Shown: positions 55,501 to 61,922 of the stretch, piece after piece
How positions within the stretch are numbered: position 1 is the first letter of the stretch
Layout of the letters: the number at the start of each line of letters is the position of its first letter
From: Caecitellus pseudoparvulus
Taxonomy: Eukaryota; Protista; Bigyra: Bicosoecida
Reading direction: 5' to 3'
Length of the DNA stretch: 64,000 bases
NCBI GenBank assembly: GCA_965644315.1
Contig: CBFFRQ010000077.1
Coordinates: 1-64,000, forward strand
Translations under genes and position numbers: made by a program
The notes under the pieces: model-generated
Told to the model about the DNA's origin: nothing
The model's database searches: none
Seen by the model: only the letters and a program-made list of their open reading frames with translations

Positions 55501-55944
55501 TGCGATGCTGACTTCAAGGATGGGGCCGCCGATAACTTTGCAGCCTTGATACTCGACGTCCCTGTCAGCAGCAGTTCCTGCGCAGAAGTCCCTCAAAACC
55601 GCTTGCTTTTCCATGCGCTGCATGCTCCGGCGTGCATCCTCATCTGCTTTGAAGGCTGCCACCTTGATTGAGTCATGGGTCTTCCCATCCAGGACGAACA
55701 CCAGCTGCTCGGCATTCCCAAAACCGCGCGCGATAACTAGCTCCAGTACTTGCTCAAACGAACGCAGCTCTCCACCCCACGCTCCAGGAATGTCGCCATC
55801 GAAAACCTGTCTCATGTACAGTTCATTCACATGAAAAATCAACGAATACGCGTCGACGGCAAGCCGCCGGCCTGGGATTGGCTGCTGAGGCACTCGGCCA
55901 TCCAGCCGCTGATTGATGTACGACAGTAGATGCTTGACACCCAT
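46543..55944 (-). CDS. 3133-aa fusion: Asteroid/FAM120-type XPG-PIN nuclease + Spindle-E/TDRD9-like DExH helicase + 3 C-terminal repeats
   Basis: Nuclease motifs MGVKHL, AVDA, VLDG, GEAD, SSDTD and GNDY. Helicase motifs GETGCGKSTQ, GYRIG, DEVHER, MSAT, TNVVESSVT, QRSGRAGR and PEMLRLPL. One uninterrupted 9.4-kb ORF. Confidence 0.88.
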   Translation of the reverse strand: MGVKHLLSYINQRLDGRVPQQPIPGRRLAVDAYSLIFHVNELYMRQVFDGDIPGAWGGELRSFEQVLELVIARGFGNAEQLVFVLDGKTHDSIKVAAFKADEDARRSMQRMEKQAVLRDFCAGTAADRDVEYQGCKVIGGPILEVSIAVLEKVSHTPLEGCQAQVHVVQAAGEADDLLSALVVRGVCEGVVSSDTDFATVAGCTWHPLQLSEVIGTLVAAAVDELQVPGEAAQPGAVAGMAHRWPTDDELVLPALTAADLGSELSLHEDFLGLVGAFAGNDYTKQLVEDADLRTRLGLPPLSQDLPNVPAAAKALKALLHKVEIDATAGCDRDPRGAWESTRDLLFPGAVGEVEQRFIDSVSHTLAVDRFETCELMERSQRVLEACSVQDLAGDGESCEQVALALAQNLVDLSTCAGVQKPYTSGQALIWLYKLHLNETARVVASGKAWAGSSDGLSWVARDFPSPSLSDLEFTLDDLQDLDDSTERKQAIRRAAAWEASLPLASLVTAPLIASSTGSLGRRAFCTGCIMLNGHTPFDTWAHEAGAAAPPVPTAGEGVSEPTPHDEGSATAATESGDSVTRAYFVFRGVNVVGDLETPEPELCRCVDPQDAAAIQASLQETSIPNFAHFNGSREERLKTWLRLVSVTTSSAANSAAGETWSWPVGPVSVSKVRNAEHHAILEKAMQVGKVETLLAPDDDELPLLDRMFMEAMQDTPPDHARSATPIVGALALRYLMGLQLMWARKTEAHVTLGASSGVAMSAPVLLTPVQVDVLLLMLVSLEFGCPSGLALDRAEVPRYEHVEMVKCYQNVVDEFMNAGVMCGLGGSASPAPESVRWPMSGVEGGAAVAGAGVGAAGGDAVAGGAGGGGALPMVWLGGVYDGRTLYGLLDAVEREACQREGCGLHPAVVAGREALPEAGRAYFDALREGVLGDVLRYWGEGGEPSRAEGGAFPAGAVEVEQRLEYFNPFEVQLPVATQEEIEEASTPLPEEGDGSARLPILDHREGIIDNIRNRTITVIQGETGCGKSTQVPQFVLDDSQAARKPRVLVCQPTRIAATSLAKRVASERGEAVGKTVGYRIGREICVSQGTQLTFVTTAWMLTWLSHNKEKLSSYSHIILDEVHERSSDSDLLCLLLKKLLTKDHCPSTPHTPYLDADDDDFGVAPGGKHPSSLSADGAPQNRRRTRLVLMSATLQAGLFSEYFDCIPSEPTPEAIFVGAKRYEVTPVFLDELMRTWKSGGAGLPLLTPGQRQRVQPLVEKFAKCFAQRPGKRAWSAPMPRFLGQGLKTQLRLAVELAVAVARPRHTVLIFVDGMATLNSLTDLFDDPRLVDVRKRETLVVQPMHSSIEFDQQLRAFDRTGGMVTKARVVIGTNVVESSVTLPKVSHVIDLGVAKQMQVDSKHGQPGLVQVWVSQASAAQRSGRAGREMPGVAFRLYPKALFTSGMPPHDSPEMLRLPLRNTILRIKTTGLDGRVSELLKQALDPPSMQQLRDAVSHLARLGALQSASEDAKLTELGMWMASFPQHEKTALLLRLGYAMNLPFEACLLASIIENDSPFLQPQSSFGSVAKVLGMRASASASMSATRSDNGSDVLAIRNAYLHWRSTPSGKRIFWAVKHSLKAKALHAIHNCALDHFRKLSEVQARVQSGRGGGGYFQLHLPDDEGVADQHAALQAAARCLRDSKRKVPEECLCQDEDVLRSLIAMTHSENLACVLPKRKAASQAVSSNVAWIAIKLDRRIREVSAALVYPKGARRKARAPQLPERWCDLVTGDASRLKEGAQVMDRLWPPPGVSAEDYLASLKSMRAMLQADPQRLDEFLLTVTVDMTSHSQPEVLVAALPEAIQCGLLLVVPEQQRSKAKLARMKEQLVAEQVALEEELSITTDPQAEEDLRDQLSSLHLNLEGLESDLATLKSTATTCKASALLLFNPWAQGKPSCKYSGLPTDPHAVPTAGRRVHDQGTTVAYRTPAGTCVSLPRSVIRTAAGADFHLRKPRSCLRDPATGAYDAQSALHAEVQHDEGFVDVLRASSAAPLRSGIHPSMLCLLRTRFGGNLRLPLLQKMRASSFRIVNSGGRAEVLQRIEQLFSGGAAALSSPVGATRGRAKCHVVGTVKKHFKSPNWGCLISPSVKKAKSAEQASVSGEAGAGVLPPAFDPELVAVEDQVRLDTRTYFRGFLSLAADEDSDALGGGWEATMVTAHWQDADSFRDLHLCLSSSLQCSKLAFSPYTNAHAFSKFASTWSEDTPLFQRPSAIGKEGGGAAAEADSDDGTAVTGLKRGRPSARGRRQGRSSASTSHAVSTEGAVLCVPPGDVGLASPHSRTRLLPLGASSPDRAWFTFCKAGASEHSLSLDHVSALWPDDGMVAAACLLGTRCSQFSVDCSWMGRVGAADADGKESSGLRIRSVKLEGDRSWTNLNWSLSNLRAINALKLLQSLSCMLQPSPHVPELQSLIIRCIRAAGRAGAAARQTASGMDGGEPSSGTNIGACVLQDAAFAALDASSSTAAGTAMGGGVESSTLRLAAALPFPAFSLWTKHGLLVPVEWASGARFQAAGTRSSCSFAPPALIRRRSSHTSPTDMFLEALDAAKLAVKELESELGMDFERMHTASLKKPQPAAQPPAPSPAPPSVVPVAVLAHSKRDRATYKRPSRTSRGSDKSAPNSQTSDVSRVTLPKGEGTAAPAKAKAKAKAKTKTKAKANTSQDTKPSDQKSTATTAPAVAASVTGQVVQDDTVLEEVLKNFKPFARYSKEDRRVLEEQLRAAWASGDAGELSGVLIDIAGVCGGDVAALQESQSCLQSIKDRHQQRGVALGALAEAFRVFQGWVHRVGIEGHVKPSQRGTTGPSGTAKAKTKATPGTKPSGRKAATTLPPAVATSATGQAVRDHVVLEDVLRDFKPFARYSKQHRRARKRRLRAAWASGDAGELSDVLIDIAGVCGGDVAALRSAQGCLQSIKDRHQQRGAALGGFGKAVGRFQGWVGQVRSKGRAKPAQHGTAAPSGMAQGSAFTGESPIAASAAPPPAVAAPAADQGVPDDSVLEDVLREFKPLALHSEDDRHVLEEQLRAAWVSGDAEELSDVLINVAGVCGGDVAALSEASFSLSSLNSRIKGTGRDAGVLGPAALLFQAWFARLCGRLLGK
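46560..47800 (-). repeat. Three tandem ~450-bp (~150-aa) coding repeats at the C-terminus of the nuclease-helicase
   Basis: VLE(E/D)VLxxFKPxAxxS..LRAAWxSGDAxELSxVLIxxAGVCGGDVAAL..FQxW occurs three times, with spacings of 459 and 447 bp. Confidence 0.92.
53071..53837. repeat. Copy 1 of a ~765-bp near-identical direct repeat (copy 2 at 56539-57302)
   Basis: Alignment by eye shows scattered, mostly third-position substitutions and one codon indel. Confidence 0.95.
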
Positions 55945-56508
55945 GGCCACAAGAGCGTACAGAGATCTATCAAGGAGACGAACAAGAGACGTAACAATGT
56001 GAAGTCTGATGATGAAGTTTGGTGATTGGAAAGTGGTCACCCGGTTCTGCTGAACGCTTCTGGCACGCACTCGCGCAAGCGGTCAACACAGTACGCACCA
56101 CCACGCCAACGCCACCTCGATCAAGACCCTCGGTAAGATTCTGAAGCAGTCTTGTCCTACTAATCAATCACACTAAACTGAAATAAAAGCAATCGTCACA
56201 CCCGGGGGCTGTGACCAGTCACACGAAGCGCTGAAAGTGTCTGAAGCGAATGGCTGGTGTGCTATCAATTTCCGCAAGACTCAAAGACACACCTGTGGCC
56301 TGCACCAGCCACTGATGGCACACGCGAAATGAATTGAACGTGCAAACCACGTGCACACATATGGGGCCTCAAGCGTTCATACAATGAATTGCAAGTGTAC
56401 CCAACTTGAGCCGAGAAGTACAGTTCTACCACATATGCGTGGCAGCCAGCACATACACCAATGCAAGGGGACAGGACTCTCACAGACAAGGGAAACACGG
56501 AACAAGAG

Positions 56509-59343
56509 CTAGGTCCAGTACGCAAGCCCAGCCTCATACTCCACCACCCCCGCCGGGAACGCGCCACCCTCCGCGCGAGCAGGCTCACCTCCCTCACCCC
56601 AATACCTCAACACATCCCCCAGCACACCCTCACGCAGCGCGTCAAAGTACGCACGACCCGCCTCAGGCAGCGCCTCACGACCCGCCACCACCGCAGGATG
56701 CAGCCCACACCCCTCACGCTGGCACGCCTCACGCTCCACCGCATCCAACAGCCCGTACAACGTGCGGCCATCGTACACACCACCCAACCACACCATCGGC
56801 AACGCCCCGCCACCCCCCGCACCACCCGCCACCGCATCACCACCTGCCTCCACACCTGCTCCCGCTACTGCCGCACCGCCCTCAACACCCGACATCGGCC
56901 ACCGCACAGACTCGGGTGCCGGGCTCGCACTGCCCCCCAGACCGCACATCACGCCAGCGTTCATGAACTCGTCCACCACGTTCTGGTAGCACTTCACCAT
57001 CTCCACGTGCTCGTACCGAGGCACCTCAGCACGGTCCAACGCCAGCCCGCTCGGACACCCAAACTCCAACGACACCAACATCAACAACAGCACGTCCACC
57101 TGCACTGGCGTCAACAACACAGGCGCCGACATCGCCACGCCACTGCTGGCTCCCACTGTGACGTGCGCCTCTGTCTTGCGTGCCCACATGAGCTGCAGGC
57201 CCATGAGGTACCGCAGGGCCAGTGCGCCGACGATGGGCGTGGCGGACCGTGCATGGTCTGGAGGGGTGTCTTGCATGGCCTCCATGAACATGCGGTCAAG
57301 CACTGGCTCACCAGGACCGCCACACAGTGGAACTGCCCCGAGTTGGGCCGAACGTTTAGGGATCATTGATCCGAGGTAAGCTTTTGAAGGCTCCTTAGTT
57401 GTGACAGAGACAGGCTCGACGGGCCAGCTCCAAGCTTCACCTACTGGTTGGTGGGCCGCGGGAGAAGTCGTCACGCCCACAATGCGCAGCCAGTACAGGC
57501 AGCGCTGTTCCAGTGTGTCGAGCACCATACTTCGTGCAGGGAAGTCTGTGCTCTTCAGGCTTTCCGCGATTTCAACAGGTTTCTGGGGATTCACCCTGTC
57601 CATCAGGTGAACACCAGCTGCGTCTTGCGACTCAGGGAGCACGCTGAGACCAGGCACGACATAAAAAGTTCGTGCACTCTTGACTCTTTCCCGTGCACTT
57701 GAGTGCTGTCCGAAGGCATGATGGCTTCGACGAGCTCCTCGCCTCCTGTGCCTGTCGAAATGAGATGCCCCGTGTGGAGCTCCTTCCTGCAGCCACCCGC
57801 AGTCATCAGCAGAAAGGCGTCTGAAGAGCAAGTATCCAGAAACACCAAGAGTTCCAGCCATGGTAGCTTGAATAGGCAAGCTTGACAAGGTCGCGAGTGG
57901 GAGGCCCAGTTCCCAGGAGAGTGCTTTGCGGATCTTCGCCGCTCGTGGTGTGCTGTCACCCAAGCGCTCCACTTCTGCAGTAGTGGCATGAAGGGAAGCA
58001 AGGACACTGTCAGCCGGATCTACAAGTGTCGGAGGTGAGAACCCATCCCATACGGATACCCACAGCATCTTGTCCTCTAAAATGTTCTCAATGAAGCTCA
58101 GGTGCGAAGCAGTGGCCCACAGCTGGAGCTTGCCGAAGTTGTAGCCCCTGCTGATGCCCAGCGTGTTCGAGGCGCGAGCGAAGGCATGCCCCAACGTATC
58201 TGCTTGACCCTGCATCTCTTGTTCATCAGTTCCAAGCAGCGCCACTAAGTCGCTGCTTTCCACGGCTCGAATCAAGGCTGAGACTGCTGAATGGACCCGG
58301 AACGAGTGAGAGTCAAGCGTCCTTTGGACTCTGCGACGGAACTCTGGCAACCCTAAGCAGGAGTGCTCGCGTTCAAGGAGCGTGTGCAGCTGCTCCCACG
58401 TCGCTTGCAGTCCGCCTGGCGGGGCATCAAGTACCTCCAAGCCAAGCTGTCGGAGTAGGCTAGAGAGCACCTTGACATGTCCCGGCAGGCAGGGCACTTC
58501 TTCCGATGGGTAAAACCCTAGGGTCTTCCGTGCAGAACGGTCGTACAGCATGGATCTCGTGAAGTTGTTGCCCACGAAAGCTGAGACGAGGGGCATGTAC
58601 TCCGAGTGCACTCCAAGCCCGAGTGCCACCTCGTCGCTGGTGACCAAGGGTAGAAACGCAGGCCCGCCACCATCATCATCGCGAAGGAACTCTCCAAAGC
58701 TGACCGGATGCCACTGACTGTGTGGATATGCGGCAAGATCTGAGTTGTGGCTCACAGCACCGTCACAAACGCCGGAATGTACGAGAGCTGCGATGTGCGC
58801 GCTGGTGGAGTCGTTGGCGAACGTGACGTGGATGATGGCATCTGTGTGAACAGGGCGATCACGGGCCATGGCTATCAATGCTTGGTGCCCCACGTCCCCC
58901 AGCAGGCACTGGCTATCCTCAAGGAAAGAGTTCCGGTCTTGGGGGTCGAGCGGCAGTCTCTCAGAGGCGGGTTGGGGAGACTCCAAGTACTGCACGAATT
59001 TGTCTGCTTCCCGCACCCTGCCGACAAAACGGTGCAGAGAAGCTTGGTCTGCGACGTCAAATACAGTTGCTTGGAAGAAGTTGCTGCAGTGTAGCACAAA
59101 CACCAAGGTGTGTGCTTCGCCGAACCTTTGCACGACTACTTGCGTCAAGAACTCTGCGAAGCCGCACAGGTCCCCGCCTTGCACCACCCCAGCCGCCTCC
59201 CCTTCTGAGCGCCGGTAGAACTCATTCCTAGCGGCTGAGATGAGTGCTTCGCCATCGATGGCAAGGCGTCGGCCAGCGACAGGTACGGACTGCGACGGGT
59301 AGCCAGCAGCCGCGAGAGCACTGGTCAGCCCACGGATACCCAT
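56509..59343 (-). CDS. 944-aa Asteroid/PIN-like paralogue of the N-terminal part of the downstream gene, with a degenerate active site
   Basis: MGIRGL, AIDG, VLHC, SHNSD and GNNF align co-linearly with the motifs of the 3133-aa protein. Intact, intronless ORF. Confidence 0.85.
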   Translation of the reverse strand: MGIRGLTSALAAAGYPSQSVPVAGRRLAIDGEALISAARNEFYRRSEGEAAGVVQGGDLCGFAEFLTQVVVQRFGEAHTLVFVLHCSNFFQATVFDVADQASLHRFVGRVREADKFVQYLESPQPASERLPLDPQDRNSFLEDSQCLLGDVGHQALIAMARDRPVHTDAIIHVTFANDSTSAHIAALVHSGVCDGAVSHNSDLAAYPHSQWHPVSFGEFLRDDDGGGPAFLPLVTSDEVALGLGVHSEYMPLVSAFVGNNFTRSMLYDRSARKTLGFYPSEEVPCLPGHVKVLSSLLRQLGLEVLDAPPGGLQATWEQLHTLLEREHSCLGLPEFRRRVQRTLDSHSFRVHSAVSALIRAVESSDLVALLGTDEQEMQGQADTLGHAFARASNTLGISRGYNFGKLQLWATASHLSFIENILEDKMLWVSVWDGFSPPTLVDPADSVLASLHATTAEVERLGDSTPRAAKIRKALSWELGLPLATLSSLPIQATMAGTLGVSGYLLFRRLSADDCGWLQEGAPHGASHFDRHRRRGARRSHHAFGQHSSARERVKSARTFYVVPGLSVLPESQDAAGVHLMDRVNPQKPVEIAESLKSTDFPARSMVLDTLEQRCLYWLRIVGVTTSPAAHQPVGEAWSWPVEPVSVTTKEPSKAYLGSMIPKRSAQLGAVPLCGGPGEPVLDRMFMEAMQDTPPDHARSATPIVGALALRYLMGLQLMWARKTEAHVTVGASSGVAMSAPVLLTPVQVDVLLLMLVSLEFGCPSGLALDRAEVPRYEHVEMVKCYQNVVDEFMNAGVMCGLGGSASPAPESVRWPMSGVEGGAAVAGAGVEAGGDAVAGGAGGGGALPMVWLGGVYDGRTLYGLLDAVEREACQREGCGLHPAVVAGREALPEAGRAYFDALREGVLGDVLRYWGEGGEPARAEGGAFPAGVVEYEAGLAYWT
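56539..57302. repeat. Copy 2 of the ~765-bp direct repeat (copy 1 at 53071-53837)
   Basis: Same alignment as copy 1. Confidence 0.95.
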
Positions 59344-59685
59344 GAGACACGACTCGCCCCGCAAACCGCACAGCGCACTCCAGAAGCATATGCTGGAGGG
59401 GACCAACTTCGGGGGAGGATTGTAGCAGCCGAACGATGACGATGCAAGATAGACAAATGTGTTTTAGGGTTGGCACGCTTGCTTGCAGGGCTGTCGAAAC
59501 CAACTCCCGCCGCCCACCACAGGGTTGAGAGTGAGAAAACATGCAATGCGCTGCATTCAGGTGCCTTCCTGTAGCCTCCTGTGCGGACTCCTTGCGAGAT
59601 TTCTGCGCTGGCTTGTTTGGGCTTGCCCATCCGCTTCGTGCCAACGTGGACAGCCATTGCAGCTGTGCGACAAGACGCAGACGCC

Positions 59686-60486
59686 TCACGCTTGGTCTGG
59701 AGAGGGTGCGTACGCTGATGAGGAGGCTTGGGCTGGGCCATCACCAGCCACAAGCGGGCGCTGCTCAGCGGCGTCTGTGGCGGCGGACAGCGTCTCCATG
59801 CCCTCTCCCCAAGCCGCCCAGAGCCAGAGGGCCCCCTGGATCGCCAGCAGCGCCGTGGCGGCAGCAACACAGTCAAAGGCCGAGCCGTACCCACAGAAAG
59901 ACTTCTGCCCTGGCGCAAGTGCGCCTGGGCCGGTCCAGAACGAGCACATCACAGGCTTCAGGTCGCTGGCGGCGACGGTGCCGACGGCAGCGATGCACAG
60001 GATGACCCCTAGGAAGGGCAGGACACCCGCAGTCCAGAATAGGAGCTTGCGTGAGAAGCTGCTGAGCGACACGTTCAGGGCTGTGACGAGCAGCAGGGTC
60101 GTTGCAGCGGCCATCACGGCTACGGTCACCATCACGCCGGCCACGCGGCCAGGGAGCTCTGCGTCAACAGTGGTGCCGCCAGTCACTTTCTGGATGCCGT
60201 TCACGACGCTGAGCTGCTTGTCCACGGTGAAGTAGCAGTACTGGAACTGGTGGTCGCCCGTCATCTCTCGCTGCTGCTGCTTGGTCCAAAACAGGCCGAG
60301 TTGGTTCAGCTCCACCAGGCCCTCTGGCATGGAGTCATCGCCTGGCGCCCGATACAGCCCGGATGAAATCCAATCGAAGCCGATGACCCCGTTCAGCACC
60401 ACAGCCAGGTTGATGAGGGACAGGTACAGCACTGCGCAGGGCCAGAGCGAAAGCTGCCAGTCTTGCAGAGCGCAACAGGCCACCAT
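59686..60486 (-). CDS. Four-TM membrane protein, claudin-like topology
   Basis: TM1, FDWI..LGLFW..C, two TMs, then GYGSAF before TM4. Confidence 0.6.
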   Translation of the reverse strand: MVACCALQDWQLSLWPCAVLYLSLINLAVVLNGVIGFDWISSGLYRAPGDDSMPEGLVELNQLGLFWTKQQQREMTGDHQFQYCYFTVDKQLSVVNGIQKVTGGTTVDAELPGRVAGVMVTVAVMAAATTLLLVTALNVSLSSFSRKLLFWTAGVLPFLGVILCIAAVGTVAASDLKPVMCSFWTGPGALAPGQKSFCGYGSAFDCVAAATALLAIQGALWLWAAWGEGMETLSAATDAAEQRPLVAGDGPAQASSSAYAPSPDQA

Positions 60487-61180
60487 GTCGGCACGCACCT
60501 GTGCGAGTTCGACCAAGAATGCTCTTCTGAGATCCAGTGGCAGCATTTAGCCCGAAGTGGTCCGAGAATCGCCTCAGGCAGCCCTCCATGGCCTCGTTCC
60601 TTGCACGGGCGTGTTGGCTCCCAACGGCACTGCACTTGACACCCGCCGCGCTGAAGCGCAGGAAGCGAGCAGACACTGAGGAATGGAGAGAGGCAAGAAT
60701 CGGATTCATATGAAGGATGGGTTTTGGATGTCTGTGGATTTTTTCGGAGCGTTGCTGCTGCTCTGGTCTCCTGGTTCCCCTGTCTGGTTCAGCAGGAGAT
60801 GAAGCCAAATCTCGTCCGCAGCTTCGCGGCACAATGCACGATGCATTCAGTGCGCTATAAAAGTATGTTGAGACATGGTCGACGAAGAAGCGCTGAAGGT
60901 CCTCGTTGGCGACAGTGAACAATATCCAACTCTGACCAGCACGCAAGAACCAAAAAGGGACTCGGCAACCTTCACGGTGAAAGACAAGGGTCCAAAGTTG
61001 CCCCCTTGACAACAAAGTAATTAACCAAGTGTAGCAAAACAACTTACACCAAAAGCCCGCTCATGTCTATCTTCGATTGGCAGTTTCTTGTCCTCTATAC
61101 AGCTGCCGCCAGTGCTTCTTTCGTCCTGGTGTGGCTCGGTAATCCGCAGCAGGAAGCGATTTCCGCACCGCTTGCCAGGC

Positions 61181-61915
61181 ATGTTGAAGCCGTTCAAGTT
61201 CACGCACGTGCTGTACGAGGACGGTGACGCTCTCGGGTTCATCTTTGCAATTGTGTCCCTGCTGCCTGTGTGCGTGCTCGCGCCTGCTCGCCGGGTGTTG
61301 GCAGCAACCACAGACCTTTTCCCGACTCACAGCATTGTGCTCGTTGGTCTGTTCACGCTGTTCGTGTCACGACGGGACTTCCGGACGCTGGCCCTCACAG
61401 TGGGCCTGCTTGTGAATGAGATCTTAAACAATGTTCTCAAGCGCCTCATTGCCCAGCCCCGCCCTGACCTGCTCGTGAACCAGGTGCACGTAGCGGACGG
61501 CGTGGCTGTGAGCGGCATCGCACCCGGCCACGGCATGCCCTCTGCTCACGCCCAGTTCATGGCTTTCCTGGCCTCTGCTGTGACGGGTTGGATTTGGCAC
61601 CGCTGGTTCGTGTGCAGCCGCCTGCGGTGGGCAGGCACTGCGGCAGTGCACCTGGCGCTGGCCGCAACGATCCTGTCACGGGTGTACTTGGGGTACCACA
61701 CGCCTGCCCAAGTGGCTGTTGGCTCTGTGCTGGGGTATGCGATGGGCTGCTTGCATGTGCTGCTGTGTGAGTTGGTGTTGGTGCCGTCTGTATTTCCGCG
61801 CCTGGCCCGAACTGCTCTGGCCAGAACGCTGCAGTTGCGCGACACGTCCAGGGTGCAGAACGTGTTGCGCGTGGAGTATTACGCGGCGACATCCTCCAGC
61901 GCCGGCGGGCGGTGA
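61181..61915 (+). CDS. DOLPP1: Dolichyl-diphosphatase (PAP2 family); probable in-frame intron 61270-61332
   Basis: THVLY..GD, KRLIAQPRP, GMPSAHAQF and SRVYLGYHT. Confidence 0.92.
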   Translation: MLKPFKFTHVLYEDGDALGFIFAIVSLLPVCVLAPARRVLAATTDLFPTHSIVLVGLFTLFVSRRDFRTLALTVGLLVNEILNNVLKRLIAQPRPDLLVNQVHVADGVAVSGIAPGHGMPSAHAQFMAFLASAVTGWIWHRWFVCSRLRWAGTAAVHLALAATILSRVYLGYHTPAQVAVGSVLGYAMGCLHVLLCELVLVPSVFPRLARTALARTLQLRDTSRVQNVLRVEYYAATSSSAGGR

Positions 61916-61922
61916 GCGCCCC

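Noticed and set aside
59462-59470. TTTAGGG telomere-like word or a telomerase RNA template
   Set aside because: Single copy, expected by chance. I found no template-like non-coding region near TERT.
46337-59685. Nuclease-helicase block as a transposon or endogenous virus
   Set aside because: I saw no terminal repeats, target-site duplication, integrase/transposase or capsid genes.
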